Part shown: positions 30,644 through 39,328 of the stretch, piece by piece | How positions within the stretch are numbered: the first letter of the stretch is position 1 | Layout of the letters: every line of letters begins with the position of its first letter | Source: Candidatus Latescibacterota bacterium | GTDB taxonomy: Bacteria > Latescibacterota > UBA2968 | NCBI GenBank assembly: GCA_965205975.1 | Contig: OZ242195.1 | Span: 1,088,001-1,152,000, forward strand | DNA: 64,000 nt | Direction: 5' to 3' | Translations under genes and position numbers: made by a program | Notes under the pieces: generated by a model | What the model was told of the DNA's origin: nothing | Seen by the model: only the letters and a program-made list of their open reading frames with translations | Databases searched by the model: none

Positions 30644-32001
30644 CCAGATACACACAATGGGCTTTGGGGGCGGTCTTCGCGTTATTTTGTATTTTTAGCC
30701 CAATTACGTTGAAAGCGTCACTGTCTGATTTTGATGGAAATGGCAAGGTCGATTTTGCCGATTTTCTCGCCTTTGCTGGTGCTTTTGGCACCGATCAAGC
30801 CCAATTTGATCTCAATCAAAATGGGCAGGTAGATTTTCCGGACTTTCTGATATTTGTTAGAGCATATGGCGCGAATGGTGACACATCCTTACCCGAGCCG
30901 TCTGCATTTTACAAGCTACCAGATGATTGGCAGGTTGTACCTATAGAACAACAAAATTGTGCAAAAGAGGATCTTGTTGGTGTTGATCATGTTTATGTTG
31001 AAACGGCATCAAAATTGTTGGTGTGGCTTACTGGCACGGTTGAAGATGCACATTATGAACCCATTGGTGAAGTGGCAAATTATTTTGGTTTTGCAGCACT
31101 CAGGAACGAGATTCGGGAACGCGATGGAAACAATGCAGATGCCTCTTTTCGAGGTGCAGTCTATAAGGAAGTCCTGGAGCTTTTGGATGATACTCAACGG
31201 TCGTTGTTATATGAATTATTGGCCGCGCATCGAACGGCAATCAACGGATTTTTAGAAGACCGTGTTTTGTTGGTCGATGAATTGTGGCGTTTAAAAAATA
31301 ACGTTACAATGGACTATGTTCGTGTGATGAACTTGATACAGTCAATAGGGGAATACGAAGGTACCATTACGGTCATAACGGCCCAATACTATGCAAAATT
31401 ACTACCTCTTTTGAGCGCTGAACAGGTGCAATACTTAGAAAATATTCGTCGTGGCGTTGTCACCGTAGATCAGATGCAAAATACCTCATTGCCATATGCT
31501 GCAGAAGCAAAAACTCAATTTAACGCACTTAGCCGTGATGATGCTACATTGATGCAGGAAGTGTCGAGCAAGTTCGTTGCCTGGGCAACGGGTGATTTAG
31601 ATGACGCGCTCTTTTTGCCAAGAGGTAAAATTGGCAACTACTTTGGGTTTTCAAGCTTTCGGTATGTAGATCGAACATCAGTGAGTCGTGGGGGGGCTGC
31701 GGATTTGATCGACCAGGTATTAACCCCAGATCAACAAGCCATTCTTTGTGGTCTCTCGACTAATGTTGTGGGTTATACCCAGGATTATGTTAATGGCCGA
31801 GCGACTTTGATCACGAAATTGGATGCTCTCAAAAAAGATCCCACGCTGTCAGTAGATCATCTTGTAACGGACTATGCTGACCTGGCTGGTCAGGGTGAGG
31901 GCCGCAGAGTCGTGGTAGAAGCATTAACATATCATCTCATAGAGTCTATGATGAGTGCAGAACAAATCCAAAGTCTTAAAGCACTTCGAGTCACAAATTA
32001 A
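30640..32001 (+). CDS. Secreted dockerin-like protein with four LTxxQ-like (Spy/CpxP-type) motifs
   Basis: DFDGNGKVDFADF; LDDTQ, LSAEQ, LTPDQ and MSAEQ in an internally duplicated helical region. Confidence 0.75.
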   Translation: MTRYTQWALGAVFALFCIFSPITLKASLSDFDGNGKVDFADFLAFAGAFGTDQAQFDLNQNGQVDFPDFLIFVRAYGANGDTSLPEPSAFYKLPDDWQVVPIEQQNCAKEDLVGVDHVYVETASKLLVWLTGTVEDAHYEPIGEVANYFGFAALRNEIRERDGNNADASFRGAVYKEVLELLDDTQRSLLYELLAAHRTAINGFLEDRVLLVDELWRLKNNVTMDYVRVMNLIQSIGEYEGTITVITAQYYAKLLPLLSAEQVQYLENIRRGVVTVDQMQNTSLPYAAEAKTQFNALSRDDATLMQEVSSKFVAWATGDLDDALFLPRGKIGNYFGFSSFRYVDRTSVSRGGAADLIDQVLTPDQQAILCGLSTNVVGYTQDYVNGRATLITKLDALKKDPTLSVDHLVTDYADLAGQGEGRRVVVEALTYHLIESMMSAEQIQSLKALRVTN

Positions 32002-32172
32002 ACGATTCAACTCAAATTTTTCTTTGGCTGAAAAAGGGATGGCGTTTATAGAGCGTCAGGTTGGCGCAGGGAGATCTTTCTATGTGCCATTAAAAGAGCA
32101 GTGAACACCTCCATTTCGGCAGGAGGGAAGACCCGACGCAGGGCCAGAAATCCATAAGCCTCGCCTAACACG

Positions 32173-32208
32173 CTACGCCGCGCTAACTTGTGCGGCGTAT
32201 TCTTTTTT
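32173..32208 (+). terminator. Intrinsic terminator
   Basis: TACGCCGCGC-TAACTT-GTGCGGCGTA followed by TTCTTTTTT. Confidence 0.75.
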
Positions 32209-32517
32209 CGCCTGATGTTATGCAATTAACCACAGATAAACAGCGCAGCGGACAGATGGACAAGTGGTACATATCTTTCACATGACCGCCCAATCATCGC
32301 TCAAAATATACAGAGATTGTTCTGCGCCAAACAGGTGATCCTTAAATTCAAGTTGAAAAAAAAGGGCAATACAGCATATTGAAGGACATAATAAGGGTAT
32401 TTGATGCTGTCCATACCTTTTGTCGTGCGATGCTGTGACATTGGCCTGATATTTGCTTGAGTTCTGACTGTTGCGTTTGTCCAAAATACGACCAACTCTT
32501 AGACCAGGGCATCTCAA

Positions 32518-32907
32518 ATGGCCGAATTTGATACGATATCCAAACACCTGATTCAGAAATATCCCGACGGCTTTGCCAACTTGAAGGAGGGCATCATGGA
32601 TCTGATCCGCGAATCATCACTTTTTCAATCCCTTACCCAGGAAAGCAGAGAGGAAGCCAGAGAGGAAGGTTTTGAGCAGGGCAGAGAAGAGGGTGTTGAG
32701 CAAGGCATTGAGCAAGGGGGTAGAGAACGCGCTATTGAGGATATCCTCGACGTGCTGGAGATTCGATTTGATCTCCGCCAGACAGATCCCTTATCTGCTC
32801 GCATTTCAGCTATTGGAGATTTACAACGTCTCAAGCAGTTGCACCGTGCGGCGATAGAGGTGTCCAATCTTGATGAATTTGAACGCATGTTAGATTCAAC
32901 GACGTGA
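32518..32907 (+). pseudogene. Rpn/YhgA-like (PD-(D/E)XK putative transposase) gene with the nuclease core deleted; C-terminal part has its own start at 32596
   Basis: N-terminal FDTISKHLIQKYP is fused directly to ES.LFQ...EEG.EQG repeats and LEIRF...LKQLHRAA. Internal AAGGAGG-N5-ATG. Confidence 0.7.
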
Positions 32908-32908
32908 T

Positions 32909-33155
32909 ATGAAAAAAATATCATCCATCCCAATTTACACCATCGGTTACGGTAGCCGTTCTATTGAGCAATTCATCGAAGTACTACAACAACATGAAAT
33001 TGCCTACCTTATCGATGTGCGCTCAGCTCCTTATTCTCGCTATAAACCCGAATTTTCCAAAGAGGCACTGGAGGCGAAGCTGCAACAGCACCGAATTCGG
33101 TATGTGTTCATGGGCGATACGTTGGGCGGGCACCCCGATGACGAAACTTGTTATC
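32909..33155 (+). pseudogene. DUF488 family gene, 3'-truncated by the IS element
   Basis: IYTIGY, LIDVRS.PYS and LGG.P motifs; similarity ends at ETCY. Confidence 0.8.
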
Positions 33156-33391
33156 TTACAGCCCGTAAGACCCACTCGCAGAGAGCTTTCGCGTTGGGAA
33201 GCGGACGCGAGTTAGCGAGCGTTGTTTTGCAAGGGCTTCCGAATTTATGGTGCGGTGCTTCCGTGTAAAATCATCACGGAACATGCTTAGCATGGTGGCA
33301 CATTGCTCAAGACAATGTGGGCGGTGGAGCGGTGTATAAGTGCGCCAGCACTTCATCGACCAAAATCATCCGTTCACTGACTACATAAAAT

Positions 33392-33420
33392 TTGCATAAA
33401 TCACTGTTTTTGTGTATATT
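33392..33420 (+). promoter_or_regulatory. sigma70 promoter giving a probably leaderless tnpB mRNA
   Basis: TTGCAT-N17-TATATT, 6 nt before ATG 33427, with no SD. Confidence 0.6.
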
Positions 33421-33426
33421 TATACT

Positions 33427-34533
33427 ATGGAATACTTAACATACAAATACAAAATGTATAGTCGCTGTGATCGCAATATGTATATCCATAGGGATATAGA
33501 TTCTTTTGCTGAGGTGTATAATCATTTCATTGCCTTGCACAAGCGATACTATCGGCGTTTTGGTAAATATCCGAGTAAGTTCACAATGATTAACCATTTG
33601 GCAAAGCTAAAAAGAACAACACGCTTTGCACATTGGCGTTTGTTGCCGTCACAGGCATTGCAAAATGTGGTTGAGCGCATAGACTTTGGCTATCAGAAAT
33701 TCTTTGCCAGAGACAACAAGCGTCCGCCCACATTCAGGTCTCGCTTTCGGTATCAGTCTTATACGCTGAAGCAAACAGGATATAAATTCCTTGAGCGTAA
33801 CAAGGTGCGTATTGGCAAGCGTATATTCAGATACCATAAGAGCAGAAAGTTCGATGTCGAGCGTATCAAGATGGTCACAATCAAACGTGACCGCGTAGGC
33901 GATTTGTGGCTATGTGTTGTTGCAAAGGCTGAGGGTATCAAGTCATTCATGATCAAGAACGGTAAAACCGCAGGTTTTGATTTTGGCTTGCAAACATATC
34001 TAACAGCCTCAGACAGCACAAGGACACAATCGCCATTGTTCTTCAATCGTAATTCGAGGAAAGTCAAAAAGGCTAATCGCAATCTTTCTCGTAAAAAGAA
34101 AGGGAGCAACAATCGTCACAGGGCAAGCGTAAATCATGCCAGAGTGCATAGGCGCGTTGCGAATCAGCGTAGAGACTATCACTGGCGACTTGCCTATCAA
34201 CTGTGTAAAGACTATGACGTTATGTTCTTTGAGACTTTGAACATTGACGCCATGAAACAGTTGTGGGGCAGAAAGATTAGCGATTTGGGCTTTTCAAACT
34301 TCTTGTCCATACTCAAGTATGTGGCAAAAAAGACGGGCAAAGTTGTCAAACAAATCGACAAATGGCTACCCACGTCAAAGACATGCTCGGCTTGTGATAC
34401 AGTGAAAGAGGACCTCGAATTGCGAGAGAGAACATTCCATTGTTGCGCGTGTGGTCTTGAGATAGACAGAGACCTCAACGCGGCGACAAACATTCACAGG
34501 TGGGGGCGTCCACCTATGGCGGAGGTAGCGTAA
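33427..34533 (+). CDS. tnpB: RNA-guided endonuclease TnpB
   Basis: RuvC motifs GFDFGL, FETLNI and DRDLNAA; zinc finger CSAC...CCAC. Confidence 0.95.
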   Translation: MEYLTYKYKMYSRCDRNMYIHRDIDSFAEVYNHFIALHKRYYRRFGKYPSKFTMINHLAKLKRTTRFAHWRLLPSQALQNVVERIDFGYQKFFARDNKRPPTFRSRFRYQSYTLKQTGYKFLERNKVRIGKRIFRYHKSRKFDVERIKMVTIKRDRVGDLWLCVVAKAEGIKSFMIKNGKTAGFDFGLQTYLTASDSTRTQSPLFFNRNSRKVKKANRNLSRKKKGSNNRHRASVNHARVHRRVANQRRDYHWRLAYQLCKDYDVMFFETLNIDAMKQLWGRKISDLGFSNFLSILKYVAKKTGKVVKQIDKWLPTSKTCSACDTVKEDLELRERTFHCCACGLEIDRDLNAATNIHRWGRPPMAEVA

Positions 34534-34660
34534 GACTTGCCGAACTTCGGGGAAGCAAGCAACTACTGTTGATCCCACAATCCCTGCTGAAGCAACAAGG
34601 TTCTACAATCCCAATGCTTTAAATTTGGGAGTACGCCAACAATGTCTTACTCGGTTCAAA
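34490..34660 (+). ncRNA. TnpB omegaRNA (reRNA) scaffold plus flank-derived guide; approximate limits
   Basis: Expected position over the tnpB 3' end and right end, with hairpins between 34535 and 34630. Confidence 0.55.
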
Positions 34661-35192
34661 AGCAAAGAAGGTTGTTAAGAACCGGCACCACCAACTCTCC
34701 TCCTATGGCACCGGCAAGGAATATGACAAAACACAGTGGAAACATCTGGTACTACAATTCCTCCAACATGGGCTTCTCAATCGAGATCTACAACACGGCA
34801 GTCTCAAGCTGAGACCTGATGGGCGTGAGGTGATCAGAGGCAAAATGCAGTTTTGGGGATTTCCAGTGGATTCGGCAGACCACATTACTGAAGAACCTGT
34901 TCATGATACGACATCCGAAGAATCAAACGAATATAGTCATGAACTTTTCGAGCTACTTCGCACTAAACGCAGAGAGTTATCGGAGGCTGAACACGTACCA
35001 GCGTTCGTTGTTTTTCACGACAGGACGTTGCGAGCAATGGCTGCCCAATTACCACAATCGGTGGAAGCATTCGGACAGGTTTCCGGTGTCGGTCCTGTGA
35101 AACTTGAGAAATATGCCGATGTCTTTTTGCCTATCATTTGTGATTATTGCCAAAAACACGGGCGAAATTTTCATGCCCAAAGGCAGGGATAA
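34641..35192 (+). pseudogene. recQ: 3' fragment of a RecQ helicase gene (RQC + HRDC)
   Basis: Open frame from 34641: NVLLGSK...HHQLSSYGTGKEY...W, then LFELLR..R....VPAFVVFHDRTL..MA...P...GVG..KLEKY. Confidence 0.85.
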
Positions 35193-35240
35193 TTGGATTC
35201 TGGTTTATCCGCCAGGACCTGATCTCGAAGCGCTTTGAAT

Positions 35241-35906
35241 TTATGGATCACTTCCAGCAGACCATGTATTGCCGCCTGCCCGGACGGTTCCTTCTGCTTT
35301 TAGAAACTCCGCGCAGTGGATCCCGCCGCCCAGACTGTTGACAGATGTGATTTCGTGGCCCATTTCGATCAATCCCTTCACAATATCATCGGGCAAGGCA
35401 CGGGTCACACTTACCGGCTCGTGGGTTTGTACATGCATCCTCGGTCCACTGACAGCCTCGAAGGATGTTGCGCCGTAATCGACGATTTTTTGGGCCGCAC
35501 GCGCGTTCACAGAGATGATACGCCTGCCGCCTGGCATTCCAATCGCCACATCCCGATCTGGAAGCTGAATGATGAGCGGAACTGTGTTGTTCAGCGGTCG
35601 CTTGAGCGAAGCCACGGAATTTTTGCGACCGGGTCTGGGATCTAATCTGCACATTCCATGTCCCAGAATGATGCCTGTATCCGGCACCGTAACAAGGGAA
35701 CCGAAGGCACCGCCTTGAGAAATTGTTACGGACGCCACATTTCCTTCGGCATCTGCGGAGCAGCATGCCATACTGGTCGCCACTGCTGCATCAAAGGCAT
35801 TGCCGCCCTGTTCGAGTATTCTCGCACCGACTCTTGCCGCCTCTGGAGGCCCGGCTGCAACTGCTCCTGTTGTGCTGGTAACTTCTTGTCCCTCAGTCAT
35901 ATTCAA
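35241..35906 (-). pseudogene. Gamma-glutamyltransferase family gene with a large in-frame internal deletion
   Basis: N-terminal GARILEQGGNAFDAAVA joins directly to small-subunit sequence ADAEGNVASVT..GG.FGS. Only 221 aa, and the catalytic Thr region is missing. Confidence 0.8.
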
Positions 35907-35924
35907 TTTTCCTGTGTTATTTCA

Positions 35925-36671
35925 TTAATTTGCGCCAACATTACTTGGCGTCCGTTGATTGGCGCACATAAGGTGGCGTACTAAGTCAGAAGGGTTTTTT
36001 AACTCTGCCAATTGGCCGCGCATGTCTTCTTGTGGGATGAACCAGGGGCGCATATACATGCCGAGGAGGACAGATCGAATTTCATCGGTTTGGTTTGGGC
36101 GAGCTGTGTGCCAGCAGGCACCGTGCATGACAATGGCGCTTCCGCGTTTGCCGGTGAGGATTTTACCGCCGTTGATCCATTGGCTTTTGAGTTCGGGCGG
36201 TGGCGGTTCGCCTTTGAGGTGGCTTTGGGGCAGCATGGCGGTTGCGCCATTTTCTTCGGTGAGATCATTCAGAAGCCAGATGGTTTGACCTGCGAGACGG
36301 CCGGGTGGCCAGGGCGGTTGCACAGACCAATAAGGGTAGTCTGAATGCCAGCCAAAACTGTCTGCGCCCGGATAGACTGTATTGCCAGACCAGGTGGAGC
36401 AGACCATGTCGTCACCGAGGTATTTGCGCCACAGGGTTACGATGGTCGGGTGAGACAGGAGGTCGAGAAAGATAGGGTGCTTGACGGCGATGCGCCCTAC
36501 GCGCTGCGTTTTGGTTGCAAGCGATTGCTCGGTGGCTTCTTCTTTGAGAAGTTGCTCAAGAATACCTCGTGCTTCATCGGCTTTCTTTTCTGGGATGACC
36601 GAAGGAATGATGTGAAAACCCACTTCATCGAGATCGGTCATGATTTTTTTATAGTCGAGATTTGTTGGCAT
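35925..36671 (-). CDS. PhyH family dioxygenase
   Basis: WHSD, ENGAT...P.SH and WHT...N motifs. Confidence 0.9.
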   Translation of the reverse strand: MPTNLDYKKIMTDLDEVGFHIIPSVIPEKKADEARGILEQLLKEEATEQSLATKTQRVGRIAVKHPIFLDLLSHPTIVTLWRKYLGDDMVCSTWSGNTVYPGADSFGWHSDYPYWSVQPPWPPGRLAGQTIWLLNDLTEENGATAMLPQSHLKGEPPPPELKSQWINGGKILTGKRGSAIVMHGACWHTARPNQTDEIRSVLLGMYMRPWFIPQEDMRGQLAELKNPSDLVRHLMCANQRTPSNVGAN

Positions 36672-36684
36672 TTTTGCTCCTGTT

Positions 36685-37851
36685 TTATTTCACTGCATAC
36701 TGCATCAATTTTTCTTCGTCGATTTCAATGCCGAGTCCCGGGCGGTCGGGGAGTTCGAGATAGCTGCCATTTCGGGTGAGGGAGTGCTTCAGGATCTGGT
36801 CGCTTTTTAGCTGGAAGCTCTGGTCGAAGTGTTCCATGATGACAAAGTTGAGGATGCCTGCCGAGAGTTGAAGTTGCGCGGCGGTAGAAAGGACGTTGCC
36901 CGCGCCAACTGCAGGGGCGAGTGGGATGTCGAAGGTTTCGGCGAGGTGGGCGATGCGCTGGCTGCCCGTGATGCCTGTTCGCGCGAGGTCGGGCAGGAGA
37001 ATGTCGGCGGCATGTGCTTCCAGAACAGCGCGAAATTGATAGGCGTTGTAATATTCCTGGCCGATGCAGATGGGCAGGGTGAGGTCGCGCGGCACTTCGG
37101 CATGGCGGCGGAGGTCTTCGCTGGGTACGGGCGATTCGAGCCAGAAGACGTCGAATTTTTCGAGTTCTTTGCCCAGGGCAATTGCGCCGGGTACGTCGTA
37201 ATGCCAGGTGAGATCGACGAGGATATCGACGTCGGGACCAACGGCTTCGCGTGTGGCTTCTACGACGGCAACGGCATTTTTTAGAGGGCGGTTGAGGTGA
37301 TATTTGACTGCGTCGTAACCCATTTCAACGGCTTTGAAGGCTTGCTCAACACCGATTTCGGGCGTGGAACCATGAATGTTGTTGTAGATACGCACTTTGT
37401 CGCGGTAGGGGCCACCGAGGAGGACGTAGCAGGGGACGTCGAGGGCTTTGCCCGATAGATCCCAGAGGGCGTTGTTGATACCCGCAAGGGCGGCCGCGAG
37501 ATAACCCGCGCGGTAACCTCGACCGCGCATCGTGCCGTAGGTCATGTCGTAGAGCTTTTCGCGGGCGAGTGGATTTTCGCCGATGAGAATGGGCGTGAAC
37601 AGGCGATCTACGACTGCTTTGGTGGCTTCAGGAACGAGCAGAGATTGGCCTTCGCCCCATCCGACAAGGCCATTGTCGGCGGTGATTTTGACAAAGAGTG
37701 CTTCGGCATAGCGCGCAGCCGCCATGTCGTCGATGGGAGGCGTTGTGTCATAGGAGAGCGATTTGCGAGACCGCGCATAATCGGGAATATTTTCAGCGAT
37801 ATTGGGACGGGGTAATTTGACGACATAGGCGTCGATTTGTTCTATTCTCAT
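36685..37851 (-). CDS. Mandelate racemase/MLE family enzyme
   Basis: GWGE, ALWDLSGK, WLESP and PGLGIE motifs. Confidence 0.92.
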   Translation of the reverse strand: MRIEQIDAYVVKLPRPNIAENIPDYARSRKSLSYDTTPPIDDMAAARYAEALFVKITADNGLVGWGEGQSLLVPEATKAVVDRLFTPILIGENPLAREKLYDMTYGTMRGRGYRAGYLAAALAGINNALWDLSGKALDVPCYVLLGGPYRDKVRIYNNIHGSTPEIGVEQAFKAVEMGYDAVKYHLNRPLKNAVAVVEATREAVGPDVDILVDLTWHYDVPGAIALGKELEKFDVFWLESPVPSEDLRRHAEVPRDLTLPICIGQEYYNAYQFRAVLEAHAADILLPDLARTGITGSQRIAHLAETFDIPLAPAVGAGNVLSTAAQLQLSAGILNFVIMEHFDQSFQLKSDQILKHSLTRNGSYLELPDRPGLGIEIDEEKLMQYAVK

Positions 37852-37878
37852 TTGTGATTCCTTTCTCCCATTTGTCAA

Positions 37879-39309
37879 TTATGCAACGCCCCAGCCAGGA
37901 TACTTATCCGGATCAGCAAACTCCTGTCCCAATTCCAAAAAGCCACGGGGGCCACGCCTACCGTATTCAAATGGATCTTTTGTACCTTCCATCCAACGAT
38001 GCAATCTTTCTTCCATTTCTTGAAGTGCTGGCCGCGCTTCAGCAGAATTCGCCAGGTTAACCATTTCGAGCGGATCTTCCTGCCGGTCAAACAGATAGGG
38101 GCCTCGCTCATTAGCAAACCAACGCGCATAGGTATAGCGTTCGGTGCGCACACCGCGCCAGCGCCCAACCCAACCGTCGCGATTGGGCCAACCATGTGCC
38201 ATATTCTGCAAATAGACAGACTCCGATCCGCCAGGCGTTAACTCCGTATCTGCAGGTGCTTCACCACCCTGCCACACGCTCGAAATATCTCGCCCTTGCA
38301 AACCTTCTGGCAACGGCACGCCACAAGCACCGAGCAATGTAGGTACAATATCAATCGCACCAAAGAAGGCATCCGTTCGTGTACCAGCTTCAATAGCATC
38401 GGGCCAGCGCACCACAAACGGCACATGGCAAGATTCTTCATAAGGTGTTGCCTTTGAAGCCCGCATCGACTCGTCCAACCATCTACTACTGGGTTTGCCA
38501 TACCCATGGCTTGAAAGGTGGTCTCCATGATCTGATGTATAACAGACAATTGTATTGTCTTTGACCCCTAAGCGATCCAGGGCTTCCAACAATCGCCCCA
38601 TCTCTGCATCAAGTCCTGTACAACACCCGTAATAGTCTGCAAGTTCCTCATGTGCCCATGCTTTCATCTCGTCTGGTACATTGCCCGGCACATCCATGTC
38701 TGCAGGATTATAAATATTATATTCGTCGGGATACTGCTTATATGGCCAGTGAGGAGGTCGCCAGGATACAAAGACGGCAAATGGATCGTCTGTTCGGGCA
38801 TTCAGGTGTTTTTCTATAAATTGAATAGCCAAATCCGTTTCGTTCGTTGGTGCCCAGCCTCCGTAAAAGTTCGGGCCCTCATCGTTTTCGTAATAGGTTC
38901 TGTCGAAGTAGGCGCCTTGCCCTCTCCCGCCTGCCAGCGCCGCAAGATAATCCAGCCCGTATCGATTGTCGTCGCCGTACGGCCCTTTACCCAGATGCCA
39001 TGTACCCACGTGCGCAGTGCCATACCCATGCTCGCGCAAAGTGCCTGGCAAGGTTGGGATATCTCGTCGCGGACTGTACTCATTATCAATTACCAAATTT
39101 TGCCAACCATACCGACCGGTTAACAAAATCGCTCGATAAGGCGAACACAGCGGGTGGTTGGAAAACATATTGTCACACACCATTCCTTCGACTGCCATCG
39201 CATCCAAAACAGGCGTTTGGATTACGTCATTGCCATTCGCACCCAGCGCGCTATAACGCTGCTGATCAGAAAATACGAACAGAATATTTGGGCGTTTCTC
39301 ATTACTCAT
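37879..39309 (-). CDS. Sulfatase (S1)
   Basis: PNILFVFSDQ, CSPYR and TSDHG motifs; GTWH replaces the usual GKWH. Confidence 0.92.
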   Translation of the reverse strand: MSNEKRPNILFVFSDQQRYSALGANGNDVIQTPVLDAMAVEGMVCDNMFSNHPLCSPYRAILLTGRYGWQNLVIDNEYSPRRDIPTLPGTLREHGYGTAHVGTWHLGKGPYGDDNRYGLDYLAALAGGRGQGAYFDRTYYENDEGPNFYGGWAPTNETDLAIQFIEKHLNARTDDPFAVFVSWRPPHWPYKQYPDEYNIYNPADMDVPGNVPDEMKAWAHEELADYYGCCTGLDAEMGRLLEALDRLGVKDNTIVCYTSDHGDHLSSHGYGKPSSRWLDESMRASKATPYEESCHVPFVVRWPDAIEAGTRTDAFFGAIDIVPTLLGACGVPLPEGLQGRDISSVWQGGEAPADTELTPGGSESVYLQNMAHGWPNRDGWVGRWRGVRTERYTYARWFANERGPYLFDRQEDPLEMVNLANSAEARPALQEMEERLHRWMEGTKDPFEYGRRGPRGFLELGQEFADPDKYPGWGVA

Positions 39310-39328
39310 GGGGATTCCTTTCATGTGG

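Larger units (their letters stand above)
33156..34639 (+). mobile_element. IS200/IS605-family solo-tnpB (IS1341-like) element; left boundary approximate
   Basis: Left-end hairpin near 33170-33200, tnpB, and right end AATCCCAA...TTGGGAGTACGCCAA. No tnpA. Confidence 0.82.

Noticed and set aside
32040..32170. Cobalamin, c-di-AMP or fluoride riboswitch
   Set aside because: Only fragments match (GGGAAG, GCCAG, GGGATGGCGTT); the other conserved core elements are missing.
32163..32223. Integron attC-like site (GCCTAAC...GTTATGC)
   Set aside because: The arms are asymmetric, the central hairpin plus T-run is better explained as a terminator, and there is no integrase or other attC site.
32278..32547. 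Short minus-strand ORFs upstream of the Rpn remnant
   Set aside because: No motifs or SD, and one overlaps the Rpn start.
32640..32725. Short tandem repeats as a CRISPR-like array
   Set aside because: They are 12-nt coding repeats (REEG/EQG) typical of Rpn C-termini, with no spacers.
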